Assembly (NCBI RefSeq): GCF_038025025.1
Contig: NW_027117346.1
Span: 558,001 to 622,000, forward strand
Length of the DNA stretch: 64,000 nucleotides
Reading direction: 5' to 3'
From: Phyllosticta citribraziliensis
Lineage: Eukaryota
Positions 24,612-36,154 of the stretch are shown piece after piece. Each line of letters opens with the position of its first letter. The first letter of the stretch is position 1. Both the position numbers and the translations under genes were made by a program. The notes below the pieces were generated by a model, which was given only the letters and a program-made list of their open reading frames with translations, ran no database searches and was not told the DNA's origin.

Positions 24612-27600
24612 TCACTGCGACTTTTCTCTGCCCTGCGTCGTGCCGGAGGGAATCTCGCACGCCTGCGAAAAAAACAAGCGCGCCTCTACGTCTTCGAGAT
24701 TCTCAAGGCTGTAAAAGTTGCCTGTCAAGAGCAAACCAGGTCAGTACGGTGCACACTCAAGAGGTCTAACCGCGTGTGATGTGGACGATGTGACCAAAGC
24801 AGAAACAGGGAGCGGCTAGCAAACAGAAGCAAATATTGCCAAGGAAAACACTGTTGTCTGAGAAGGGCAAAAAAGAGCGAGGTGAAGATAACGAAAAAGC
24901 TGTGCGGAAACAGACTCCTGTTGCGGCTGCAGGCGAGAAAAATGAGACAAAATGTTGGACGTGGTAGGAAGGCTGATAGGAAAATCAGACAGGGAGCCGC
25001 TTGGCAGAATGCACCCGAGCGCGACGGTGCAGGCCATGACAGATAGGTTGCGTCGATGTGTGTGCGCAATGGAGCCGCACTCCATTGTGTGAGGTACGAG
25101 CAAGCAATGAGAACCACCCGATCAGCCTGAGAAAGCTCATCTTGCAACGGGGTAGGGTTCGTGTGGTGCGGTGCGACAGCACGGGCTAAAAAGAGCCTCC
25201 AGGTGACGCAAATCAAGTCGCAACGCGGAGGCCCGCGGTTCGTCGCCATTGCAATGGAAAAGCCAAGGGTCCTGTGGGGCGACCGTTGGGTAGAGGCGAT
25301 AGCTTCGTCGGCCGGGGGGTGTGACAGGGGGTTGAAATAAGGATGGAACAAACAGATGGTCGCTGGTTGCTGCAGTGCAAGGGGACAGAAGATGATGCGC
25401 AAGTCGTGTAACGACCAGTGCATAGAGCCCCCGTCACGCACCACAGAGGCATCTGAGGCTGGCGCCACAGCTCGGTTCATGAGCAGTTGGATGCCGATGG
25501 ACAGGGCTGTGCGACTAGGGCCTGAGCGCGGTGGCATCCGAGATGGCAGACTTGACTGGCCGGGTACGACCTCCTGTCGTGCTACCCCGGATGCGACCCG
25601 TACCGTGCCGCATCGCGCCGCCGCGCCCTTTCGGATCCGCCTACCAGGAACGAGCATAAAACGACTGCTCGTCGCACAATACGTGGTCTTGCACACCGAC
25701 TCGCAATGCTGGTCTTGTAGCCCGCTGCCCCGTCCCGCTGTGCAGTGCTGGTACGCAAGCGGCTGCGCAAAGGAGAAAAAGGAAAATGCGTGAAAAATGA
25801 CATGGTGGAGAGAACAGGGGTGAAAGGACGTCTCAAAGGAGAAGACAACTCACCTCGCGGCACCACGAAAACACCCCCCTTGGTAATTCCAAACTGAGTA
25901 TCGCCAACTGTCGCCGTCACTTTGCCTTCTAGAACGCAAAAGACAATGTGCATCCTTCGCGAATTCTTCTTGCGCTTGATGCCGTTTGGAGGAATGTCGA
26001 CCATGCCGGCGGCCATGAAAGGTGTTCCCACGATTTTGGCATAGCGGAATTCGGTATCTGCCACGTCTCTTGTCTGTATCTTTCCAGCTGCGTATGCAAT
26101 ATCTGCGTTTTCCCATTAGACGGTGCTTGGATGTGGACTTTGCCAGGCGTTCTGAAAACTCACCTTGTTGCTGAGCACCATCCTCGATGCTGATGTTTTT
26201 CTGGTCGTCCCATTCGTTGAGGTAGCCGGCAATGATGCCAGCGCCAGTTTCCCAATCCTCAAGCTCAAGCTCGGGCTCGTCGCTAACCGTGGACGACGCT
26301 CGTTTGCGCTTCTTGCCTTTGCCGGTCCCTTTGCGCTTTCTCTTCGGAAGCTCATTCTCGTCTGCGCGAATGATTCCCAGATTCTGGCCGTCCCAGGCAT
26401 ACTCTACCTTCTCGCCCAAATGTTTGGCTATCGGCTTGATCGAAGCTCTGCCTGATCTGGTTGTCTTTACACCGGCGTCGTCGAATGGAGTCGTCGCTCT
26501 CAGAATGTGAGAGCTCTTTGGCGGAGCCATGGATCCTGCTCTGTCTACCGTTGGTTGTGGGATTTCGCTAGCTGGACGAGCGGGAGTGATTTTGGCCTTT
26601 GGACCACGCTGCGATGGATGTTTTTTGTTGGCTGTTTCCGTCGCGGTATCTTTCTTTGTACGTTTGGCAGGTCTTTCTTCTTCCTCGATGTCCGACTGCG
26701 GTGGCTTTGTCGCATTCGCAGTCTTTTGTCCTGAACCCTTTGGACGTCCGCGCTTTCTTGGCTGCGATGCCGCGGCTTCTTCAACTTCGGCCTCATCGAC
26801 ATTTTGCACGGACGCTTCGCCTGCATCTTGAGCATTCTTTCCTGTCGTCTTGGGCGCTGAAGCTTTTGGACGTCCGCGCTTCTTCGGCTGAGAGCGTGGA
26901 GATTCCTCCGCTACTTCCTCAACCTCTGCCAAACTTGGTTCCTCTGCTTCTTGCTCATCCGCAGCAGAAATGCCAGAGATATCCTCAGCTGCAGCCACTC
27001 GGGTTCTTCGCCCTGCCCGCGAACCAAGACCGTTTGATGCATTTGAGGCTTGAACGGACGCCAACTGGCTGGACTTTTTGGGTCTTCCGGGTGCACGTTT
27101 TGCTGGCTTGTCTGACTTGGCCTCTTGGCTCTCCAACTGTTGCGCGGGGTTTTCAGTACCTTGGCGTGGTCGACCTCGACCCTTGCGGGGTTTCGCCGCA
27201 GGAAGTTCCGAAGGCTCTTCGGTATTGTCTTCTCCCTCGTCCTCTACCACTGGCAAGGTATCGCCGTCCTCGACAGGGACCAGACTTTCATCCTCGACGC
27301 CATTCGCAGGCGCAATCTCCTCGTCCTCGAATTCCTCCTCGTCTGCAATTGTGTCTTCCTGTGTCGGCTCTAGCTCCGGTTCAGGGGTCTGCTCGATGTC
27401 GAAAATGCTTCGCCGGGCATTGCCTTTGTTGCGACTAGCGCTTCCGTCGCCTTGATCACTGGCATCGTCGGTGTTGTTGAAGTCCAGTCGGCGCGCTACT
27501 GCCGGATGCGATGATGCGCGGTCCGGGCTTTTGGTAGCTCTGCGCATTGACGGCGGACCCATGGAAGATTGCCTGCGGGGGGAGGAACCGAGCGACGTCT

Positions 27601-28119
27601 TGATGGGTGAGCGACCCATTGGTGGGGGAAGGAATGTGGAGTTTCGTCCAGGGCGTATGGACTTGCGCGCGCTGAGCGCGTCGGCGGGCTCTGGCATCGA
27701 ACCTGCAAAATTGGAATCCGTCTCAGTATCACTATCACTTTTATCGTCGTCCAAGAGCGCATCCACAAGAGCATTGTAGGCGCCATTTGTGGGCGAGTTT
27801 GCTTCCTCGTCTGAGTCAAATAAATCCGACATACTTTGCTGAATGTCCATGTCTTCTGAGGTGAGCGTTTTGTCAAGCGCGGTAGCGCTGGTGCGCTTTG
27901 GCGGCGACTTCTCAGGCGAGGAGAAGATGCCATCGATTTCTTCGAATCCGTGTTCGTCTCGAGTCCTCTCTTCGAGCGTGACGCCAGTTTTTCTGCAAAT
28001 CATTAGTCCTTGCGCTGGCGCTGAATAGCTCCACCGGAGATGCCATGCCTTCCCTGCTCGCCGATGCGAAAGAATTCGTTCTCGCGGCGCTTCCGGCCCG
28101 GGGAGGTTGGGGGCGCCAT
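24612..28119 (-). CDS. mif2: Centromere protein C (Mif2/Cnp3)
   Basis: Exons 28119-28049, 27992-27835, 27702-26164, 26102-25854, 24721-24612. N-terminal GRKTGVTL...RDEHGFEEIDGIFSSP, several GRP AT-hook-like motifs, CENP-C-like motif TTRSGRASIKP, C-terminal cupin KRKKNSRRMHIVF...VPRG|NFYSLEN...ARLFFSQACE. Confidence 0.9.
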
Positions 28120-28890
28120 GGCCAAGGACTCGTGTCGATTGAAGGTCGACGTCAGGTAGAATGTTGTTGCGGGACGACGAGCGGAGGTTGAAGCCAGGTA
28201 TGGACGCGTGTGGAGGTGGAGCGACGCGTTGACAAAAGACATGGCCGGCTGGGCGACATGGGCCTGGAGGTTGTTTGGGGTCTACCCTAATCGGGATAGT
28301 TTATTCTTGGCGGCAGTCACCAACGACGCGTCCTCAACCAGCAGCTTTGAAGATGTCCACAAACAAGTACTCCTTGGATATACGCTTTCGAGGGACATTA
28401 CAGCTTATGGTCTCTGTACAAAAGGCGATTGAAATGCCTGGCACGACGGAGTCAATCAATCCGCCATGGCTTGCTCGTGTGTGACCATATCAAGAGCACT
28501 GTCTGCCACGACCTCGATAGGCTCCGGGTCTAATAATATACGTATTTATTTTTCTGTTGCTTCCATGCTGACTACCAGAGCCAGTGCTAATTATACTAAA
28601 GGGCCAACCTATGCTGTGCTGCGCGCAAACCGTAAACTGAATGAAGGACAAAGGACGAAAATCCATCGAAACGAGCGTGTGTTATGCCAAGCACCAAGAA
28701 TGTACGACTTCGCAAGCAGTAATGACTGGGAGAAGAAAGGAAAAGAAAGGGGGTATCATCGCCTCAACTGCGCCTTGCTCGCGCTCAAATGCTCAAAACT
28801 GAAAACAAACCCACCGAACGATCAATTGACGCAACGGCAACCGTTCAAAGGCACAGAGCAAGTGCTCTTCCAAAGTGGGGAATCTGAAAC

Positions 28891-31140
28891 TTAGTGTGAC
28901 GCTCCAAGGCTGGCAAGAATGTTCTTCTTCGCGCCCATACGAGCATTTTGGTACCAGGCACCCTCTTCGAGGACTGAAACGGGAAGGCCCTGGGAAAGTC
29001 GGTGCTGAATCTTCTGGTGGACCATCTGCTTGGCAAGCTCATGAGTCTTCATGTCGATGTACTGCTGGAGATTCTGATCGACGTGCGACTGGTAAGACTG
29101 GAACTGCTGCTGGGGAGGCTGCTGAACTTGCTGAGACTGGAAACGCTGGACAGGCTGCTGATAGCGCTGCTGAGGAAAGAGAATCTGCTGTGGCTGGAAC
29201 TGCGGCTGAGCCGGAGCGTAGTTCTGCTGGACAGGCCGCGGAACGCGCTGCTGGTGGTTCTGTTGGCCACCCTGCTGAGAGTTGAAGAAGCGCTGCTGCT
29301 GACCATGGACAGGCTGCTGGACATCCGGCGCGCCGTAGACAAGCTGGCGACCAGGAAACTGGTGGTGGGGCGACTGCACACTGCCCTGAGCATCTTTCTT
29401 CTTCCTGGGCCGCTTGCTTGGAGTCTCAGGCGGCATCGAATCAGTATCACGACGCTTGCGCCTGTTCCTGGCCGAGTTGTCGCCAGGGAAGTTGACCAAG
29501 TCCAAGGTCCACCAAAGGCTTGAGTCCGGCTTCCGCTCCGTGGGAACCTTGATGAACGCCTTTGGAACTGCGTGACGGAAGCCCGACTTGTAGCTCTCGC
29601 CCTTCTCCTTGATGGCAGGGTACGTCTCCTCGGCGTACTGGTAGATTTGGTCAAACTTGATCATGTTGGCGGGACGATCGGGAGCGCTGTAGTTGTAGAA
29701 CGCTGCCTTTGCCATGTCGCCGTAGGTTGGCAGGCCGCCATTGTTGCGCGAGCGAGAGAGTATTGGCGTGGACCTAGGATCGGGAGTGGGCGTAGCGGAG
29801 ACAGTCTCATCGCGGTTCGACAAGGACAAGGATTCAAAGACGCTAGAAGGCGTTTCAAATGGAGTCAACGTGGGTGTGCTGAGGACAGCTCCGTGGTCGT
29901 TCGAAGAGCCATTGATGTCGCTCGAAAATGTGGCATGGGTGACAGGCGTATCAAATGGAACAAGCCTGGGCGTGCGGGGTGGAGCTTCGTGGTTGTTCGA
30001 AAGGTCATCGATGGTATCCAAGGGCGTAGAACTGAAGCCAGGCGTGGATTCGCTGTACGTCGCGCCATCGCAGTCTGCAGAACTGGTGAAGTTACTCGAG
30101 GGCGTGCCATACAGAGCGGGTTCAGGTAGATTTCCGAGACTGCTCTCAAAGTCATCCGGAAGGGTAACATGAGAAGCAGGCGTGGATGTCTGTGCGGCAA
30201 TTCCCTCGGAAATTGGGCAACCGTCGAATTCGATGGAAGAGATGATGGCTTGGTCGTTGGAGTTGGTGGCCGGGTAAGAGGGCGTCGATGCCTGCTGGAC
30301 AATGCTCTCGGTAGTCTCATGAGAAGGAGTAGAAGCCAGGATGGCAGCCAGATCGGCCTGAGCTTCGGCTTCCAGAATTGAGGCCTCCATTTCTGGGCAC
30401 AGGTAGAAGAAGCCTTCCTGAATTGGCGTGTATCCGGAGTGAACTTCATCGTAGTCGCGACAAACCGATCCGCTGGTGGCTGCTCCTAGTTCCAGGCTGA
30501 GGTTGACGGAGTCTGCAGGCTCAACGTTGGCGGAGTCTTGGGGCTCTGGTTCAATGACAGGCGCTTGGTCGACTATCTCGGAGGAGATGTTGGAGTCCGC
30601 AGGCTGGGCGTTGGAGACCAATGACTGGATATCGAAGGAGTCTGTGTGCTCTGGTTCAGAGATGGGCGTTGGCTCGACGGGCTCAGAGGAGAAGTCCTCG
30701 GTATCGTTGTTGACCTCCTCGTTGGTGAGTGCAGGAGGCTCAGGAACGGTTTCGTTTAAAGGTTTGCAGGATGCCAGGTCAACGTCGCTGTTGACCATGG
30801 CCAATTTGTGTCCACTTGGGAAAGTAACGAGAAAGACCTCTGGCTCAGGGACCAGAAGCTCGCACACAGCATCTTCCTTCAAGAATTTGCTGACGTTGGG
30901 CAAATCAGCTTTCAGAATGACGGCCGAGGGCAAGCCAGGGAAGAAGGAGCCGGTCGCGCAGGCATTCTGGAAGAAGTGTTCAAGGTTGTTGGGACCTACG
31001 CCTCCAAACTTGAGTAGAGTCCTGTTTCCAATCGCCGAAACCCAGGCCTTTGTGAAATGGCGTTGCAGTTCGCCCATGCGAGTGAGCTTTGTCAAGTCCT
31101 GGACGCTGAGGCGCGCGGCGATGCCAAAGACGTCGGACAT
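28891..31140 (-). CDS. Uncharacterised 749-aa protein with a divergent forkhead (winged-helix)-like domain and Q-rich tail
   Basis: Long single-exon ORF, ATG in AAAATG context. PTYGDMAKAAF...IKFDQIYQYAEETYP...SYKSGFRHAV...FIKVP...WWTLD aligns by eye with the forkhead consensus and is followed by a basic NLS-like stretch. Confidence 0.72.
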   Translation of the reverse strand: MSDVFGIAARLSVQDLTKLTRMGELQRHFTKAWVSAIGNRTLLKFGGVGPNNLEHFFQNACATGSFFPGLPSAVILKADLPNVSKFLKEDAVCELLVPEPEVFLVTFPSGHKLAMVNSDVDLASCKPLNETVPEPPALTNEEVNNDTEDFSSEPVEPTPISEPEHTDSFDIQSLVSNAQPADSNISSEIVDQAPVIEPEPQDSANVEPADSVNLSLELGAATSGSVCRDYDEVHSGYTPIQEGFFYLCPEMEASILEAEAQADLAAILASTPSHETTESIVQQASTPSYPATNSNDQAIISSIEFDGCPISEGIAAQTSTPASHVTLPDDFESSLGNLPEPALYGTPSSNFTSSADCDGATYSESTPGFSSTPLDTIDDLSNNHEAPPRTPRLVPFDTPVTHATFSSDINGSSNDHGAVLSTPTLTPFETPSSVFESLSLSNRDETVSATPTPDPRSTPILSRSRNNGGLPTYGDMAKAAFYNYSAPDRPANMIKFDQIYQYAEETYPAIKEKGESYKSGFRHAVPKAFIKVPTERKPDSSLWWTLDLVNFPGDNSARNRRKRRDTDSMPPETPSKRPRKKKDAQGSVQSPHHQFPGRQLVYGAPDVQQPVHGQQQRFFNSQQGGQQNHQQRVPRPVQQNYAPAQPQFQPQQILFPQQRYQQPVQRFQSQQVQQPPQQQFQSYQSHVDQNLQQYIDMKTHELAKQMVHQKIQHRLSQGLPVSVLEEGAWYQNARMGAKKNILASLGASH

Positions 31141-32979
31141 TTTTGCCAAGTAAAAGTAAAACGAGAACTTTTGATAACCGGATTGAAGGAAACGGGTATG
31201 ACGAAAGGCGAGAAGACGGAGCTGGAGCTCAAAGTTGTGTGAGAGGTACTGACGAGGGTGCCGAAAGTCTTTGAAGCAGTCGAAAGAGTTTTGTTGCCGA
31301 CGGTGACGGATGAGTGCTCCGCGTCGATGCTGAAGCTCAAGGTGACAGAAAGGTCGAGTAACGAGACCAAACAAGGCGGAAATTGAGAGAGAAGAAGACG
31401 GTGCGGAAAGCCGGAGGTATGACGAAGGTGGGCTTTGCGACGAAGCAATGCGCTCTCAGAGCTTTGAAGATGCGACGCCGTGAAAGGTGAAGCTGAAGGT
31501 CGAGTTGGCGAGAGGGATGTGTCGAGCAATGCGCCTGGTGACAGCGAAGCGTTGAGAGGTGAGAGTAGAGTTGAGACGAAGATGGTGCCGAGTGCTGAAC
31601 GTGACGAATGAAAGCTCAAAAGCGACAAAGTGGTGTGCTCAGAACCTGCTGAAGCTGCGACAACGCAAAGCGAATTGAAGCTGAAGAGAGAGGAGGTTCA
31701 AGACGAAGCGTGAGGGACGAAGATGTTGGAAAGGGCGAGGTGGATTGGTGGAAGCAGAAGGGAAGATGAGGTTGAGGTAGAGTAAAGAAGAAGCCGGAGG
31801 AGTGGAGGGGCAGGATGAGGACGCTGCGACAAAGCAGTGTGCGCAGAAGACGACGATGGTGTTGAGGGACGGGTGGTGTTGAGGACGAGAGGGTGGAAAG
31901 AATGGGAGGAGCAAGACGAGCATCAGTGTGGATAGCACGGTGAGTGGCTAACCGAGTCTGTAGCGCCTGTTCCGTTGTGAACAAGTGATGTGAATTGGTT
32001 TCCCGGAGCTTTTTTGCAGAAGTGCGATTGGAATAAAGTGCAGTCTGAGGAGCTCCGGAAAGCTCGCAAATTCTTCAACATCCAGGCGTAATGTAGCGAT
32101 GAACGCTCCAAGAAACCATTGGCATATGAAAGATCTTATCCATGGAGGTATTGAGCCATGCATTGCGGCGGTCGCGGTGTATCGTGATCTTGGCTGTGGT
32201 GGTGCCCATGGTGTTGAGCTACCACTCGACGTCCGACAGTCACTTCATCGCCCAAAAAGCAGAACTGGTCAGCGCTGCCCTATCTCAGATTTGATTTGCC
32301 CTCTGAGTATGCCATTGTCCGAACGCATAGTGGGTCGCGAATTTTCTCGCCCTGTGAAGCTCGAAGGCCGCGTTAGGTTTTGCCATCTTGGACATCATTG
32401 CTTATGACCGCTGCCGTCGTCAACGCCGCTACCACGTAGAGAGACTAAGCAGAGACCAGAGCGAGAACAAATGAAGACCAAGAAATGGATGGGCACGTCG
32501 GTGACGGGTTCCTAGTACCTGTCGCAGGCAATCAAAAAGACGGAAGAGAAGAGACCAATCGTGCCCGCCATGCCGCAGCTCTTCACGCATCCACAACTCT
32601 CTCCATCTCCCCAGTTCCATCCGAAACGCGGCTTCAATCAATCGGGGTCGTTGCTAAATCAAGTACAGCCAGCCAAACCGGCAACCTCTCCGTAACGCAG
32701 TCCATCACGAGAGCGCAAAGAAACAGAAAAGCCAAATTCGTCTACTCCTTTCCATGATGACCGATCGTCCATGACTTCATAGTGTCTTTTACATTCAACC
32801 ATCCATCCGCCGATGATACGATGGACGCCACCGCAATCGCTTTTTTTTGTCCCTGCTCTTCGTGAAGGTATGGAAAAAGGGAAAGGGAAAAGTAATACGC
32901 AGGAGAGAGAGCACGCAAGGGGACAAAAGCAGGTAATGTAAGCAAGCAAGCCAGCACCCGAGCAAGCGCAAAGCGGAAA

Positions 32980-34919
32980 TCAAGAAGCGCCAGCCTCGGC
33001 GAGGGGAGCAGAAGGACCACGGCCTCTGCCTCCTCCACCGCGTCCACGACCGAATCCCCTGCCGCCGCGATAACCTCTGCCACGACCGCGACCCCTGTAG
33101 CCACCACGGTAGTTGTCCACACTGCCTTGACCAAATGTCTCGAGGTTCTTCTTCCTCTCCTCGTTGCGGAATTCCTGACCGCCCAGCCGGCCCCGCGCAT
33201 CCTCCCTGTCCTTCAACTCGCTCGAAATGTTGTCGAAAAATGACGTGGTCCTGTTGTACGGAGCCCCTGGAATGACGACCGTCTCCTTTTCCTTCTCCGC
33301 CGTGCCATTGGTGCCGTTGAGCGACTCCGGCTCTTCACCCGGCGTGCCTACGGGAGAGCCCGTCGCGATTGCTTCCTTGACCAGATCTTGCTTGTTGAAC
33401 TTTGCGTTTGAGGTCTCGAAATCGAAATCGGTAGTAGGGACTTCAACCGGCTTGACCTGCTGATCCCTAAAGCCTCCACGGCGCGGCGCACGTCCACCAC
33501 GGTATCCCGCAGCAAATCCTCCAGTGCCAGGCTGCTTTCCGTGGCGAATCTTGTCATCAGCGCGCATCTCGGCAACCTTCTGAGTAAGGTTCTGCATTGC
33601 CGAGTCGTTGTCGGGCTTGGCCTGCGTAGGCTGAGCGGCACCCTGCGGCTTCAGCTTGGCCATGGCAGCAGCAACGGCTGCAGTCGCCGCTTGGTACTGG
33701 GGAACAGCGCCAGTGGCGGCTGGGATTGACTGAGATGCTGAAGGCTGAGGAGCGGCAGTAGGCGCGGCGGGCCTCTGTCCAGGAGTCGCAAGAGGGACAG
33801 CGGGAACAATGCGGTTGCTCTTCGGGCCGGTCGGCGCGCCCTTGGGACCAGCTGAGACTGTAGATTGAGCAGCGGTAGACTGAGCAGCGGTCGAGTGAGC
33901 TGGGGCCATTGCAGCAGCAGGGTCTGGCTTGGATTCTACTGGCGGAGTTGGGGCTGGGCCCGGTCCCGAGGCAGGAGTCGATGTCTTGCTCTTTGCCTGA
34001 ACCTCAGCTTTGGGAGCAGCGTCCGCCTCGACTGGCTTCTGCGGTGCATCTTTGTTAGGGCCAATGGGGCTAGGCTCGCCCGGCTTTTGGTTAGGTCCTG
34101 GAGGTCCAATGGGCATCTGAGCGTGCGGGCCAGAGAAGGGACCCGGGGGACCTGGAGGGAAGCCCTGACCTGGAGGAGGGTACCAGCCCGGAGGTGCTCC
34201 ATAAGGCATGCCAGGGTAGCCGGGAAATCCACCAGGGCCACCGGGACCACCAGGGTATCCGCCGGGGGGTCCACCTGGAGGTCCGAAGCGCTGGTTGTTG
34301 AACGGCGGGTATGGGCCAGGACCAGAGGTGGGGTACGGCGGGTTGAAGTGCTGGGGAAAGTTAGGTGGCTGAGTCTGCTGCTGCTGGTTGTGCGGAGTCG
34401 ACTGAGGAGGGCGGGCAGCCTGCACAGGTTGTTAGCATGGTCGAAGTCAGGGACCCAAAGCTTTGAGATGTGACAGCGTCAGATCAAAGCCTGGGAACGA
34501 TTCAACCTACACCCAGGATCGCAGGATCATTTGGCATGGGCGGAGGAGCCGGCTTGGGCTGCTCCACCTTGTCCTCTATTCTCAGGTCCTTCACATCACT
34601 TCCGCGGAAGACGATGTACTCGTAAATGTTGTCAGAGGCGGGGATCTCGTCTTCGCCGTTGCGGCGACCTTCGGTTCCAAAGGACGTGACATTTTCGAGC
34701 GCGACGGTCGAGTTCTCCGAGTTGATTTCATGGAGCGTTCCGACATAGCTGGAGGCCGGGGTTAATGACGTAGCGCGACGGACGGGAGGCAGAGGAGCCG
34801 TACCGAATGTCACTCTTGGATATCAGAGATATCTGGGCTCTGTGGAAGGTGTCTGTTAGTTGCAATTGAGCATGGCGAGCGGTGACGCGTCTTGCGACTC
34901 ACCCTATGTACTCGGACAT
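32980..34919 (-). CDS. scd6: Scd6/Lsm14 (Sum2) P-body translational repressor
   Basis: Exons 34919-34903, 34839-34804, 34748-34511, 34419-32980. Lsm14 domain ISLISKSDIRYVGTL...FGTEGR...YIVFRGSDVKDL, DFDF, FFD and TFG boxes, RGG tail. Confidence 0.95.
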
Positions 34920-35350
34920 GGCGGGCTTGGGATATCGGGAAGGTGTCCAAAGCGCGATGGAGGGAGAGAGCCAATGCCAAGGAGCAAGGCGGGGGAGAGA
35001 TACGGAGCGGCTCTTGATCTGCGAGCGAGGGTGTGGTCGGGGACGGTCGAAAGTCAGGAGGGGAGGTGATGGTGGTGAGTGTGCAAACGAGTTGTCCTCG
35101 AGGACGCGGGCAAGCTTCAGCTTCCGCTTGGGCCTTTGACTAAGCCGAGTTCGTCACGAGACAGGACTGGAGCTCTCCCCGGCCAGCTCCTACCTTACTA
35201 CGCTACAGTACCTTGCCTACAACTTCCGTAGCACAGAACAATTCACCTGAGATACTACGCTGCTCTTTTGCATACTCCTCTCCACATTCCAGCGCCCTCC
35301 CGACACTTCGTCCTCTTACAGCGTGTTTCCCCAGCTTTCAATTCCTCAGC

Positions 35351-36154
35351 ATGGCCTCACCGCAGGCGGAAGCACCAGCGGCTTCTGACAACATTTACGC
35401 GCAAGTAGATGGCTATCCATGGGACAGCGACTGCGAGTTTCAAGGCGGTCTCAGCGCAATCCTCGGAGCAAACCCTTCAGCTGACCAGGCAATTGAGCTG
35501 ACTCTGCGCGCCCGTTGCTTCTACTACACGAGGTAGGTCAATACATTGTGGCACCCCGCATTTTGCCCCACCACATGAGGAATGCGAAACAGCAACTTCT
35601 ACCACCGCCGCCGGAAAGAGTGGACTACATTGAATAGTAGCTGATGACCATGCTTAACTAGGAAGTTTAACATACCCGTCGACTTTGACGCCTACAAAGC
35701 CTACCGCGCCTCGATCCCCTCGCCTCCACCCATCACTCCAGTGACGACCAACGGCCTCGCAACACCCACCAGCTCGTCCTCAACCAGCGCCTCTCCTCAG
35801 CCTCAGACACAGCTTCAACCCGCAGCACCTTCTTCCTCCACGCCGCCCCAAACTCAAGCATCCTCGTCCTCCGCATCCGCCCCAGCAGCGTCAAGTAGCG
35901 GTCCCGACGACGCGCCGTACCCGACGTCCTTTGCGCACATTGTCGAGCTCATCACAACTGGCCAGCCCATCCCGGGTATCAAGGAGATACCGGACACGGT
36001 GCTTGAAGGGCAGGGCACGACGCCTGCGGCAGCCAAGCGGCGCAAGCCCTGGGAACGTAGCGAGGACGCGACAGCTGGGGCGGCTGCTGCGGCTGCAGCA
36101 GGTTCCGAGTCGGCATCGAGACCGGATGCTGCGGAGGCGCAAGGTGCGCAATGA
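35351..36154 (+). CDS. pex39: Pex39-like protein (DUF5572 domain + C-terminal KPWE motif)
   Basis: Exons 35351-35532 and 35662-36154. YPWDSDCEFQGGL...ARCFYYTR|KFNIPVDFDAYKAY and SFAHIVELITTGQPIPGIKEIPD...RRKPWE. Confidence 0.78.

Noticed and set aside
19893..25853. Telomerase RNA in the long non-coding stretch
   Set aside because: No TAACCCTAA-type template seen on either strand.
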